Below, in pieces: positions 9,886 to 19,090 of a stretch of 64,000 bases of DNA. How positions within the stretch are numbered: the first letter of the stretch is position 1; every line of letters starts with the position of its first letter. A program made the position numbers and the translations under genes. The stretch is from a virus (taxonomy: Duplodnaviria > Caudoviricetes), in IMG/VR virus record IMGVR_UViG_3300031354_000002, positions 212 to 64,211 of that record. One strand, given 5' to 3'. The notes beneath the pieces were generated by a model. It saw only the letters and a program-made list of their open reading frames with translations. It ran no database searches and was not told the origin of the DNA.

Positions 9886-10167
9886 TTATTTGATTCCCAT
9901 TTTCGTAATCTGCAAAGTTATATTCTCGCATTTGCTTCCATCCTGATGCTGGCTCATCCTCAGGCTCTCCACCATCGCTACAGCAGTTACATCGACCTCA
10001 TCCCCTACTGTAACATCCTCAATAGACATACCCAGTTTACCCAGTGATTCCTCATCTAGCTCGATCTGAAGACCCCAAGGGTATTCTGCCTCGGCGCTTG
10101 GTATAGACTCGCCGTACATCTTTTTGGCCTCTTTCTTGCCCATTTTCATACTTTTAAGATCTGCCAT
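9886..10167 (-). CDS. Capsid staple (cementing) protein, epsilon15 gp10-like
   Basis: EYPWGLQIELDEESLGKLG...VGDEV...LQITKMGI closely resembles epsilon15 gp10 as recalled (QYPWGLRITLDNESLQRLG...LQITDIGL). Confidence 0.75.
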   Translation of the reverse strand: MADLKSMKMGKKEAKKMYGESIPSAEAEYPWGLQIELDEESLGKLGMSIEDVTVGDEVDVTAVAMVESLRMSQHQDGSKCENITLQITKMGIK

Positions 10168-12199
10168 TGTATATCTCCTCCATTGATGTTTCGTTCATGC
10201 CTCCCTTTGCCCTTCCGGCATCTGCCTCGGCAAAGTTATCCAGCATGCTCTGTGACTCCTGCTGCTGGGCCAGCATTGTCGCGTGTAGGTCCCTGTGACC
10301 TATTATATTTTCCTGTTTGTCTCTGCTGAGAGACGAAAATTCCCTGCTGAATATCAGTCTGTCGTGGACCTCCATATGTATAGAGTGGTTGTCCAGTCTG
10401 AATACCGGATCAGACTCATTGGCTGCGCTAGTTAATTCCTTCCCGTCCACATCCTCTATTTTCGTTCCGGACTCCTGCTTTACCAGCGCTATACCTTCCG
10501 GGTTTTCTTCGTGCACCAATATGCTATTTTCGTATTCCGCTCTCTCCATGTGTATGTTTGTCGTCTCTTCAACTCCGCCAAGTTCAAGCAGTGTCAATAC
10601 TTGACGCCTGAGGTCCGGCCTGACCATCTGGTCGTTCCACAGTCCATACTGTATCGTATCCATCAATAGGCTCGTCCTTCCCGACTGAGTAGATGCCAGA
10701 CCACTGGTCATTTCAATATTCACATCGGTGTTATTGTGTATATCAGATCCCCTGAAGCTCCTTACTAGAACGTTGTTTCCTGCTCCGGGTATTCTCAGTA
10801 TTCTAGTCTCTGTATATAGTTTCTGGGCTATTATAAGCTGTTTCCTTTTCACCCCTCCCCATCTTCGGAAGTATCTGTCCACGTCCGGGGTATGCGACAA
10901 TTCTGCGCTTTCCCTCAGTGTCTCCAGCGCTATCCCCGCAGCACCAGCAAATGGGGTTCCCCCGCGCAGCACGTTCTTAGGGTTTCCTCCCGCGTCCTGA
11001 GCAGCCAGCAACCTATTTTGTCTATCGGTGAACATCTGGTCCGGCATAGCAGTACCGGGGTGTATCTCCGGTTTCATATTGCGCGAACTCTGCGCGTCGT
11101 ACTCTATGGCCAGCAGTCTAGACCCGCGCTTGGATAGTCTTCGGAGAGTAAGCTCGGAGGGGGTCAGGACGAATGGTCTCCCTAGAGTCTCTCGATTGTT
11201 CTCTGCGGCCTGATCTATTCTGTTGATAGTGTCCTGAGGGCTTATCAATGGGTCAACTCCTCCGCTGGCCCAGAAGCTCCCCGGATTATAGTTGTACTGG
11301 AAATGGGTTATGCTGTACTCCCAGCTACCATCCTTACCTACCGGCACCGGCAGTTCTTTCTTGTCGAACAGCTCTTCCCCGCAGCACCTAGCGATGTGCC
11401 GCCCCTTCGGGTATTCCATCGTCGGCCTGTATTCTATTTCCTCTATGACCACATCGTCCTCGCTAAAGCTCTGGAGGGATGCTTCAAGACCGGCTGCCTT
11501 CCACGGGGACACATTCGCTACCAATACCGCCAGTTGGCGCTGGTAGTCCGCCAGATGCCTACTGTCGCTCGATACCTTCAGTTTCTTCTTGTACGTGTCC
11601 TCGACCCATTCCTTGCTGGTCAAGGTGCGTATCCCGACCTTGGTCTTGTCCCGCAGCATAATTCCAGCGTCCGGAGTATATATGTCGAAGGGCATTCTAG
11701 CTACGGTCGCTATATCCCCTTTTCCTACCACCGGATTTCCGTCCTTATCTATAACGTATTTCCCGCTGTTTGGGTTGGGGAATGTGCGGATAAATCCATT
11801 TCCGGTCAGCACCATCATCATCGCGCACAGCTCCTGCATGTCCTTCTCTTCGAAGTCATTCCTGCGATACAGATCGTCGCATATCATCGTGGACAGTTTT
11901 GCCGAATCTCTGTCCTTCATCTCCATGCTGTTTGGCACCACCCCGACCCGAAATTTCTTGTTCATTATCAAGGCTTTCATGGACCTGACATGATCCTTGA
12001 TTATGTCGGAGACGGGCGTCGGGACGCCGCTTGCATACCCGTACATGTACTCGAAAGTATTTCCCTCTCCCCACACTATCCACTGCTCGCCTATGTAGTA
12101 CAGTATGTTTCTGAACCATATACGCTCAAGCATCGTCCGGTAGAAATTAGTGACCGGGTTGAACAGTACCTCGAAATCGTCTTTTTTGTTATCTGGCAT
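10154..12199 (-). CDS. Portal protein
   Basis: 681 aa between terL and scaffold; WFRNILYYIGEQW and YSITHFQY...GSFW...DPLISPQDTINR are P22/podoviral portal-like. Confidence 0.8.
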   Translation of the reverse strand: MPDNKKDDFEVLFNPVTNFYRTMLERIWFRNILYYIGEQWIVWGEGNTFEYMYGYASGVPTPVSDIIKDHVRSMKALIMNKKFRVGVVPNSMEMKDRDSAKLSTMICDDLYRRNDFEEKDMQELCAMMMVLTGNGFIRTFPNPNSGKYVIDKDGNPVVGKGDIATVARMPFDIYTPDAGIMLRDKTKVGIRTLTSKEWVEDTYKKKLKVSSDSRHLADYQRQLAVLVANVSPWKAAGLEASLQSFSEDDVVIEEIEYRPTMEYPKGRHIARCCGEELFDKKELPVPVGKDGSWEYSITHFQYNYNPGSFWASGGVDPLISPQDTINRIDQAAENNRETLGRPFVLTPSELTLRRLSKRGSRLLAIEYDAQSSRNMKPEIHPGTAMPDQMFTDRQNRLLAAQDAGGNPKNVLRGGTPFAGAAGIALETLRESAELSHTPDVDRYFRRWGGVKRKQLIIAQKLYTETRILRIPGAGNNVLVRSFRGSDIHNNTDVNIEMTSGLASTQSGRTSLLMDTIQYGLWNDQMVRPDLRRQVLTLLELGGVEETTNIHMERAEYENSILVHEENPEGIALVKQESGTKIEDVDGKELTSAANESDPVFRLDNHSIHMEVHDRLIFSREFSSLSRDKQENIIGHRDLHATMLAQQQESQSMLDNFAEADAGRAKGGMNETSMEEIYNGRS

Positions 12200-12202
12200 A
12201 TA

Positions 12203-12460
12203 TTATCCTGTTAGCCTGAATCCGCGCCGTGTGTTCTTCTCCATGTTCTCATACAGCTCATTTTCCTTCTCCATCTCCCTGATAACATCGGCGTGGGTTT
12301 TTTCCATGCTTTCCGTAACCCTGCGAAATTCCTCTAAATCCTTGGCCATTATACGGTTAATGAAACGTTCCTCTTTTTTGCTGAATGCCCGGCGCTCCCT
12401 GTCAATAATTGCCAGCAGCACCAGCACTACCACAAAAAGAAATCCAGTAATATATTCCAT
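12203..12460 (-). CDS. Small membrane-anchored protein
   Basis: N-terminal hydrophobic helix followed by a charged coiled coil. Confidence 0.6.
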   Translation of the reverse strand: MEYITGFLFVVVLVLLAIIDRERRAFSKKEERFINRIMAKDLEEFRRVTESMEKTHADVIREMEKENELYENMEKNTRRGFRLTG

Positions 12461-12469
12461 ATTTCCTCC

Positions 12470-14035
12470 CTAGTTCATGAAAATTCCAACGTCGAACCTT
12501 TCCTCGGATTTCTCCTTCAGGTCCTGAACCATCTTCGCAAATTCGTCTGCGGCTGCCCTAGACGGGGCGTCAAGCTGCGATCTGATCTGCTCCAGACGCC
12601 GTTCCTCGCGCTCCCTTGCTATTTTCATCTCGTCCAGCCCCACCGGCCTGTCCATGCATATATGGCACGCGCTGTCGAATGGATGCAGCTCCTGCCCATT
12701 CTCCAAGTATTCTCCTGTGAGCTCGTCTGTGCATAGGTCCGGTATTATTCTGATGAAATCCTTGCATGTCCTGTACACCACCAGCATAGGTCTCTCGTCG
12801 GGGTCGTCCGGCAGCATCAGCCGGTTTCTGAATTGCCTGATCTTCAATTCTCGGTTGGGGTCTCCCGGAAGCAAATTCAGGTTTATCTTGCTGCCATACT
12901 TTTCAATTACTTCCGGTCTGGATGCGTAGGCTATAAATTCATCCGCTGTAGAATCCCCCTGTCCTCCGCCCTTGTAGTCCGGCTTTTTGTTGAAACTATC
13001 ATGCCCTACCAGACGCTTGATGTTGCGCCCCAGTATCCCCATTTTCTGTTCGCGCTCAAGTATCCCCTCGGCGATTTTCGGGTCTTCCAGCCTAAGTCCT
13101 ACATTGGCCTTTCCCTTTTCGCACCCATACCACTCAGCGAACAGCACCAGTCGATTGTACTGATCAACCCACCACCATCCTATGTGGAACGGCGCTCCGA
13201 AGCCCCAGTCGAATGTCATGTATAGTGGCACAAATTCCGGTATAGGCCATATCGGGTCGATGATATGCCTTTCGGTGAAGTTGAAGGCCTGCCCGATGAA
13301 TACATCCCATCTTCCGTCCAGCCAAGCCTTGCGCAGAACGGGGTCCTTAATAGACTGCAGCCTCTGCACATATTTTGGGTCGTTATCGCACAGAATTGCG
13401 TTGTCATACACGGTGGATCGAATGAATACCCTAGTAGTTCCGTCGTCCAGCTTGTATATTTCGCTGTCGCCCACGGGACTCATCCCGCCATCTACTTCTG
13501 GTATATACATCTGTTTGGCCTGCGAAGCGCCCGATCCTCCGGGGTTCCCGGTCAGGAACATCCGGCACGGCACCCCATGTGGGGACCTTAAACACCCCTT
13601 CATCCGGTCTATCAACTGCCCTATGAAAGGTATCGTCGGGGCCTCATCGATGGTAATTTCCGTGTACTGGTGCCCCTGAAATGCATCTGCCATCTCAAGC
13701 TTAAGGATAGCCGCCAGAACTATCACAGCTCCTGTGGCGGGGCCATCCGTAAACCTGACATAGTTTGTCTGATTCTCTCCTCCGACCCGTATCGCGGGCA
13801 TTCCCTGAGCTATCAGCTCATCAAATCTCCTACGGACCTCGGCCAAGTCCTTGTACTTACGTCGTATGAATAATCCATTCCAGTGCGGCCCATACCTCTC
13901 GGCCCCGCGCACTTGGCGCCCTATCGCGGTATCGCTCTTGCCTCCACCTCTTGTTCCACCATAGAAGGTTTCGTCGGCGGGGCACGTCGCTGCCGCAGCC
14001 TGAGGTCCTATTTGCGGGGTCCAGTATGGCATCAT
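12470..14035 (-). CDS. terL: Terminase large subunit
   Basis: Walker A YGGTRGGGKS, Walker B ITIDEA, coupling motif LTGNPGG, nuclease DWG ... HPFDSACH. Confidence 0.92.
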   Translation of the reverse strand: MMPYWTPQIGPQAAAATCPADETFYGGTRGGGKSDTAIGRQVRGAERYGPHWNGLFIRRKYKDLAEVRRRFDELIAQGMPAIRVGGENQTNYVRFTDGPATGAVIVLAAILKLEMADAFQGHQYTEITIDEAPTIPFIGQLIDRMKGCLRSPHGVPCRMFLTGNPGGSGASQAKQMYIPEVDGGMSPVGDSEIYKLDDGTTRVFIRSTVYDNAILCDNDPKYVQRLQSIKDPVLRKAWLDGRWDVFIGQAFNFTERHIIDPIWPIPEFVPLYMTFDWGFGAPFHIGWWWVDQYNRLVLFAEWYGCEKGKANVGLRLEDPKIAEGILEREQKMGILGRNIKRLVGHDSFNKKPDYKGGGQGDSTADEFIAYASRPEVIEKYGSKINLNLLPGDPNRELKIRQFRNRLMLPDDPDERPMLVVYRTCKDFIRIIPDLCTDELTGEYLENGQELHPFDSACHICMDRPVGLDEMKIAREREERRLEQIRSQLDAPSRAAADEFAKMVQDLKEKSEERFDVGIFMN

Positions 14036-14244
14036 TCTCCTTCGGTTAACTGTCTTTTACGTTCTTCAATTGACTCGATGAGGTCATCACACACCTTTAA
14101 TATGGCTTCTTTTGTCGGGGCATATATTGACAGGTACGATAGATCCTCTTTCTCCCCGGCGCGAGCATATATTCCCTCGGCGCTGCCCCCCCGAAAATAC
14201 AGTTGTATGCTATTTCCAATATGCTCTTTGGTTATTCCAGCCAC
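14032..14244 (-). CDS. Hypothetical protein
   Basis: 70 aa, stop overlaps the terL start. Confidence 0.5.
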   Translation of the reverse strand: MAGITKEHIGNSIQLYFRGGSAEGIYARAGEKEDLSYLSIYAPTKEAILKVCDDLIESIEERKRQLTEGE

Positions 14245-14558
14245 TATTTACTGGCCTCTTTAAGTGTTTTTATTTCTTTTTTTGCACTCGCGAGCTTGCC
14301 TTTCAGATCTTCAACCTCTTTCTCGGCCTTCTCCAGTGCTTTTTTGAGCTGCCCCCAAGGTGCTGACACCACCATGTGAACATCCCTTCCTAGTTCTGCC
14401 ATTGCCTTCGCGCCGTGCTGAACTATTGCCTTGTGCGGTGCCTCCAAGTCCATCACCACGAAGCATAACTGCCCAACCCCGTCCGATGGCTGCCTGTCAG
14501 CCACTTCCCCCAATGTTATTTCCGGGTCCTGCATGTATGTTGCGATTAACATTTCCAT
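14244..14558 (-). CDS. Hypothetical coiled-coil protein
   Basis: 104 aa, RBS GGAGGGT upstream. Confidence 0.6.
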   Translation of the reverse strand: MEMLIATYMQDPEITLGEVADRQPSDGVGQLCFVVMDLEAPHKAIVQHGAKAMAELGRDVHMVVSAPWGQLKKALEKAEKEVEDLKGKLASAKKEIKTLKEASK

Positions 14559-14604
14559 ACCCTCCTTGTGTTATTTTTGTGTATCTTCTCAACCCCACAA
14601 AATA

Positions 14605-14742
14605 CTATTTTTTGTGGCGGCTGAAATATTCAACCTGCCTAAGCCTTTTCTTCGCGCCCTTTTTGGAAAGGGGCTTCGACAGGCGTTTTCCTTTTTTGCT
14701 GAGTACGACGAATTTATCTCCGCCAACTGATCTGATTGTCAT
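14605..14742 (-). CDS. Small basic phage protein (45 aa, MTIRSV...KRLRQVEYF)
   Basis: RBS GGGAG before the ATG at 14742; downstream of a sigma70 promoter. Confidence 0.5.
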   Translation of the reverse strand: MTIRSVGGDKFVVLSKKGKRLSKPLSKKGAKKRLRQVEYFSRHKK

Positions 14743-14911
14743 ATCATACTCCCTTGCTATTGGAAAGTACTGAGTGCCCCTGCGGACCGGAGCCAGCCCG
14801 ACGGTTAATTTTTGCGCTGGCGCTTCGCGCCATCCCTTCAATTACCCGCGCTCTGCCTCCTTCGGAGCTTGTTTCGGGGGAAAAAATAGGCCCCAAAAGC
14901 TGGACTCTTTG

Positions 14912-14941
14912 ATTATACCATGCGAGGCGTACCCTCGTCAA
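14912..14941 (-). promoter_or_regulatory. sigma70-type promoter upstream of the terL/structural operon
   Basis: TTGACG-N18-TATAAT with extended -10 TG; the spacer contains the inverted repeat CGAGG-N5-CCTCG. Confidence 0.7.
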
Positions 14942-15165
14942 CCCCCCTTCATAATTGTTAACTGTCTTGCCATGCCGTCGCGGTCCTTGGAAACCCCGAC
15001 GAAACCCCCGCTCCAGATACCTAATTATAGCGGAGGATATATTGGACAATAATATCCACCCAATCTTCCGGATTTGGCCTCTCCTTGCCGCATACCCCCC
15101 TTCCCTCCCTAGGGAATATCGGATTTGGTTTTTGTTTTTTTGTGGATTCATCGAGATACCCCGCG

Positions 15166-15654
15166 CTAGTTGCTGTAGTTACCGTCCGGATGCCCGTCCT
15201 TACCGGCCCTTCGCGATAATAGTCTAGGCTGACCCCCCGCCGAACCCCCCGCGTCCGAACCTTGATGAGCGTTTTTGGCGCGCCGGACATCGGCCTCCCA
15301 GTCCGCCAACGATGCGTGCTCTGGCGGGTATGTTGGAGACGCCAATTGTGGCGCCATGTCGTCGTCGCCGATACCCCGCCCGGAACCGTATCCGCGATGC
15401 CTGCCCCTTGCGCTGAGGAAGAAATGTATGTCTCTGGAACTGTTGGCGCTGATGTTTTCCATCAGCTTACTTTCCGCGAAATCAACCACGAACTCTTGCA
15501 CCTCTGCTAGCGCCTCCGCGAACCATTCATCGCCGTTCCTCCACTTGTTATAGGTCGACCGGCTGATACTCGTCGCATGACAGGCGCTACTTATGTTGCC
15601 AGCATTGGCCCTGAGTATGACCAGAAATAGTTCTTGTCTCTCCCTTTTCTCCAT
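15166..15654 (-). CDS. terS: Terminase small subunit (HTH)
   Basis: GNISSACHATSISRSTYNKW...FAEALAEVQEFVVDFAESKL is a typical terS HTH plus helix; start taken at MEKRE (15654). Confidence 0.75.
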   Translation of the reverse strand: MEKRERQELFLVILRANAGNISSACHATSISRSTYNKWRNGDEWFAEALAEVQEFVVDFAESKLMENISANSSRDIHFFLSARGRHRGYGSGRGIGDDDMAPQLASPTYPPEHASLADWEADVRRAKNAHQGSDAGGSAGGQPRLLSRRAGKDGHPDGNYSN

Positions 15655-15692
15655 ACCTGAACCTTCCCGAAAATGCCACGCATAAACCGATG

Positions 15693-15727
15693 TACACCCT
15701 TTGTATATCCCACTTACACCCTTTGTA
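15693..15727. repeat. 13-bp direct repeat TACACCCTTTGTA x2, 22-bp period, upstream of terS
   Basis: Copies at 15693-15705 and 15715-15727. Confidence 0.8.
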
Positions 15728-15851
15728 CACCATCTCCATACCCCCACTGTAGCGCCGGGACCACACTCTCCCGAAGGTCATAACCCACTTGCCATTTGGG
15801 TACCAGCGAAGGCCCGCGTCCGACGGGGCTTTCCGGGGCTTGAGCTATAAA

Positions 15852-15977
15852 TGTGTCTCCTCGCCACATTGTGGTCCCGGAACCACAATTGAGGAATTGT
15901 CGAACCCGGACCCAGCGCCCAAGGCCCGCGTCCGACGGATATACCGAACGTCCGTTCGGGCTGGCACGAGGCTTGCA
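15852..15977 (+). promoter_or_regulatory. sigma54 promoter P1 with paired upstream palindromes and GC hairpin
   Basis: TGGCACG-AGGC-TTGCA at 15962-15977; TGTGGT-N6-ACCACA at 15870-15887; inverted degenerate copy at 15852-15868; CGTCCGACG core at 15929-15937. Confidence 0.8.
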
Positions 15978-16049
15978 TTTTTTAAAGGTGGGTGGCGGGG
16001 TGCCACTCGGGGCGCCGGGCCTGAACCCGGCCAGCAAGGAGGAAACGAC

Positions 16050-16925
16050 ATGACAGCAAACGCATTAGCAACAGAAGCAAGGATGACAGGCAAGGTGGCC
16101 GGGCGCGGAATGAGCGTCGAGTCTGCCCTGAAGGCAATTCCGAAGGTCGAAGAGCGTCCGGTCTACTTCGGGGATGACACCAGCAGGCGCCGGATCGAAA
16201 TCAAGGGCCAGAAGGCTCTGATCAACCCGGAGACCGAGGAAGTCTTCAGTATCGTCACCGACGATTACCAGCTCATCCGACACGAGCAGGTGATCGAAAT
16301 GGCCGAAAGCGTCGTGGACGAAATGACCGAATACGGCAAGCCGGAACGCCGGGTATGGCTCCCGCAGGACGGTGCGAAAATGAGACTGCAGTACACATTC
16401 CCGGAGGCGGCAATGACCGTCGCGGGAGACACCGACGGCGGGCGCGGAATCGCACCAAGCTTTGATGCTTTCAATAGCCTTGATGGATCGATCGCGCTCC
16501 GGGCGATCTTCGGGGCATACCGGATAATATGCAGTAATGGGATGACGGTCGGCACGAAGGAGATCGAATACCGTCGCGAACATCACCAGCCGATGGATGG
16601 CACCCACGACATGAAAGCAATGATCATCGTCGGGATGAAGCGATTCAGTGATCAGGTTGGCATCTGGGAAAAGTGGGTTGACCGGGTGACCACACTAGCC
16701 GAATACGAGAACATCGTCACCGGACTCAAGCTCAACAAGACACAGACCGAGGACCTTCACCGCGAGGTCGAGGTCTCATCCGGGGTCCGGCTTGAGGACC
16801 AGAAACTGCAGGCGATAACCTTGTGGGCTTTCTACAACATCGTTACCCAGTTCATCACGCACCGGATCGAGAATCAGGTAGTCCAGCAGAGGATGATGGG
16901 GCGCGTCAGGAGACTTTTCCACTAA
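16050..16925 (+). CDS. DUF932/DUF945-family protein
   Basis: KALINPETEEVFSIVTDDYQLIRHEQV...NSLDGSIALRAIFGAYRIICSNGM...H; RBS AAGGAGG before the ATG at 16050. Confidence 0.8.
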   Translation: MTANALATEARMTGKVAGRGMSVESALKAIPKVEERPVYFGDDTSRRRIEIKGQKALINPETEEVFSIVTDDYQLIRHEQVIEMAESVVDEMTEYGKPERRVWLPQDGAKMRLQYTFPEAAMTVAGDTDGGRGIAPSFDAFNSLDGSIALRAIFGAYRIICSNGMTVGTKEIEYRREHHQPMDGTHDMKAMIIVGMKRFSDQVGIWEKWVDRVTTLAEYENIVTGLKLNKTQTEDLHREVEVSSGVRLEDQKLQAITLWAFYNIVTQFITHRIENQVVQQRMMGRVRRLFH

Positions 16926-16992
16926 ACCAATCAAGGGCCGGGGTCCGGGGCCGAAACCGGACCACAGGAAGAAACCATGGCCCAAGCAGGGA

Positions 16993-17119
16993 TGTGGCGA
17001 GGGGACCACACCGGATGTGGCGGGAGAACCACAATCATAGCACAAACGGTAACTGAAGAGGCGAAAGCCCGCGACGGACGCGGGTCTTCGCTTTAATCCG
17101 TTGTGGCACGCGCCTTGCA
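16993..17119 (+). promoter_or_regulatory. sigma54 promoter P2 with paired upstream palindromes and GC hairpin
   Basis: TGGCACG-CGCC-TTGCA at 17104-17119; TGTGGC-N6-ACCACA at 16993-17010 and 17016-17033; hairpin at 17061-17091. Confidence 0.85.
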
Positions 17120-17234
17120 TTTCTTTTAGGTATAGGGCCGATGGCCCAATATCAACCCATGTTCGGGAGGATGTCATGTCGACAGGCCGGGGAAAGCCCG
17201 GCCACTCTCGACGTACTATTAAGGAGGTGACGCC

Positions 17235-17378
17235 ATGAAATCACTGTTGTTTGCATTTATCGGAATGGACCTGCTGGCGCTGATTGCGCTAGTCTTAGTG
17301 TTCTGCAATTTCGAGAGAATCACCAAGCGGAACATCCAGAGGTGCCGGGAAAGGGGGAGAAACCGTGATATGCGCTAG
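17235..17378 (+). CDS. Small membrane peptide (47 aa)
   Basis: Strong RBS AAGGAGGTGA, hydrophobic N-terminal half; first ORF after P2; hand translation. Confidence 0.55.
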   Translation: MKSLLFAFIGMDLLALIALVLVFCNFERITKRNIQRCRERGRNRDMR

Positions 17379-17562
17379 CATTCAATGCCCCCATTGTGGA
17401 TGCCAAGCGTTTCTTGACCACAGCACTGGACCCGGAGCGTGGTATTGGTGCGACAGGTGCAGGGACTACGTTTGGCACGATAAACGTTCACTAGACAGAA
17501 TTACCAGTCCAGTAAAGGAGGAAAACTATGAGGATGATTACTATAACAAAGACACTTTATAA
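17365..17562 (+). CDS. Small Zn-ribbon protein
   Basis: CPHCG...CDRC. Confidence 0.5.
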   Translation: MICASIQCPHCGCQAFLDHSTGPGAWYWCDRCRDYVWHDKRSLDRITSPVKEENYEDDYYNKDTL

Positions 17563-18199
17563 TTTCGACGACCTCACCGAGGACGCGCAGGAAGAGGCAA
17601 TCCGCGATCATTCATACATCAACATCGGGCATGGATGGTGGGACACAGTGTATGAGGACGCTAAGAATATCCACCTTATAATCGACGAGTTTGACCTTAA
17701 CAGGTTCACGCTGTATGCCAATTTTGTGAAGTCAGGTATTGACACTGTTGATGCTATACTCGCGGAGCATGGCAAGGAAACAGAGACCTACAAAACAGCA
17801 TTGCTCTTCAAGGAGAGGTATACGGCGCGGAAGGGTGAAACACCCACAGACGAGGACCCTGATTTTAGCGACATCGATGTAGAGTTTTTGCGAGCCATTA
17901 ACCGATGCTATTTCTACATGCTAAAGGGTGAGTGGGAATATCTACTGAGCCGTGAAGCCGTAATCGAGACGATCAGGGTCAATGAGTTTGAGTTTGAGGA
18001 AGACGGAAACCTTGCACCCTATTCCATGGCAGAAAGGGAGACAGGAGAAATGTTTACCAACGACTTGCTGACAGGATTGCACAAGATCAATAAGCTAGCT
18101 ACTGTCTCAGAAAGAAACTCACCGAACATCAGGATGCAGGACATTGCATCACTATCAAGTAGGCTTATAGACAGGGTAGGGAAGGGGGATGAGCGATGA
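17528..18199 (+). CDS. Conserved phage early protein of unknown function
   Basis: LYNFDDLTEDAQEEAI...WWDTVYED...EYLLSREAVIETIRVNEFEFEEDG, a recurrent phage family pattern; RBS AAGGAGG. Confidence 0.65.
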   Translation: MRMITITKTLYNFDDLTEDAQEEAIRDHSYINIGHGWWDTVYEDAKNIHLIIDEFDLNRFTLYANFVKSGIDTVDAILAEHGKETETYKTALLFKERYTARKGETPTDEDPDFSDIDVEFLRAINRCYFYMLKGEWEYLLSREAVIETIRVNEFEFEEDGNLAPYSMAERETGEMFTNDLLTGLHKINKLATVSERNSPNIRMQDIASLSSRLIDRVGKGDER

Positions 18200-18396
18200 A
18201 AGCACACATCATATTTTGTAACAATGAGCCTAAGGCAGTAGTATTAGACGATCTGGCCAAGGCCTATACTAAACAGCGCGAATTGCAGGGAGAGGACAAG
18301 CGGAGAGTGATTTCGAAGCACGGGCCTGAATCCTATGACGCTTGTAATTATGACGAGGTGTATTGCTGGCACGTAAGCACTGTAAGCGCAGAATGA
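18196..18396 (+). CDS. Hypothetical protein
   Basis: ATGA overlap with the upstream gene. Confidence 0.55.
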   Translation: MKAHIIFCNNEPKAVVLDDLAKAYTKQRELQGEDKRRVISKHGPESYDACNYDEVYCWHVSTVSAE

Positions 18397-18435
18397 GAGG
18401 TCCGTCGGACGCGGGCCTCGAAAGGAGATTAACAA

Positions 18436-18864
18436 GTGATAGCATACAAGGTAGTAGGGAAGAAGAAAAGGGACTGTAGCAACTGGCTAATACAGACGAG
18501 GAACAGAAAGATTGACAGGCGCAGTATTGCCCGCGAAATTATTCGGTATTACCCGCGCTATCCTAAGGGAAAAATAGTGAAGGCTGTTCCGGATTCGGTG
18601 GGCATTCTCTGTTTCGTCGACACGAACGCTGCCGAGCATTTCATTGGGCAGTACAGGTTAGACGACATGGCTAAGATAGTGTCGGTTCGAGGAGTAGGCT
18701 CCCCGACTTACAGTCCAGCGATTTTCTGGCGGGTCAATGCTTCAATAGATAGACTCTACCTTGACTATAATTCCGACGGCGAAATTTACAAGGGCAGCAG
18801 TCCCGGTGTTTACGCGATTAAACCCAGTGTTGTGGCCTTCGAGGCAGTCGAGGTGCTGGAATAG
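18436..18864 (+). CDS. Hypothetical protein
   Basis: RBS AAGGAG directly after hairpin H4. Confidence 0.6.
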   Translation: MIAYKVVGKKKRDCSNWLIQTRNRKIDRRSIAREIIRYYPRYPKGKIVKAVPDSVGILCFVDTNAAEHFIGQYRLDDMAKIVSVRGVGSPTYSPAIFWRVNASIDRLYLDYNSDGEIYKGSSPGVYAIKPSVVAFEAVEVLE

Positions 18865-18874
18865 GAGAGATGTT

Positions 18875-19090
18875 ATGGCACGGTACAAACTGATACTGAC
18901 GGACGAGGATGGAGTTCTGGTAAACATGTGGACGATCGGGACCGAACTGGACTTCGATGTCGAGGACTTGAAGGCCGAAGGTGAGTGCGACAGTTATATC
19001 ACCGAAGAGGACTTCCGGGCCGGGCGTGAATGCGACAACGATTTCAATGTAACAAGGGAGATAGCCATAAATGAAGGATGGAATAAATAG
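18875..19090 (+). CDS. Acidic hypothetical protein (from MARYKL)
   Basis: RBS AGGAG before the ATG at 18875. Confidence 0.55.
   Translation: MARYKLILTDEDGVLVNMWTIGTELDFDVEDLKAEGECDSYITEEDFRAGRECDNDFNVTREIAINEGWNK

Noticed and set aside
8747-12214. Long plus-strand ORFs (8747-9472, 11303-12214; likewise 28709-29515, 51752-52591 and the alternate-frame 58313-58975)
   Set aside because: Shadow frames of clearly identified genes, with no RBS or recognisable motifs
15789-16049. N-terminal extension of the DUF932 ORF in the ORF track
   Set aside because: Overlaps the sigma54 promoter elements; a strong RBS supports the ATG at 16050
18367-18382. TGGCACG resembling a sigma54 -24 box
   Set aside because: No TTGC at the -12 position, lies inside a coding region, and has no upstream palindromes
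18403-18417. TCGGACGCGGG matches the sequence before the tmRNA T-arm
   Set aside because: Not followed by TTCRA or an acceptor stem; it is a member of the dispersed hairpin family, not tmRNA
18876-18891. TGGCACG at the start of ORF 18875
   Set aside because: It is the ATG-GCA-CGG start of a gene; no -12 box
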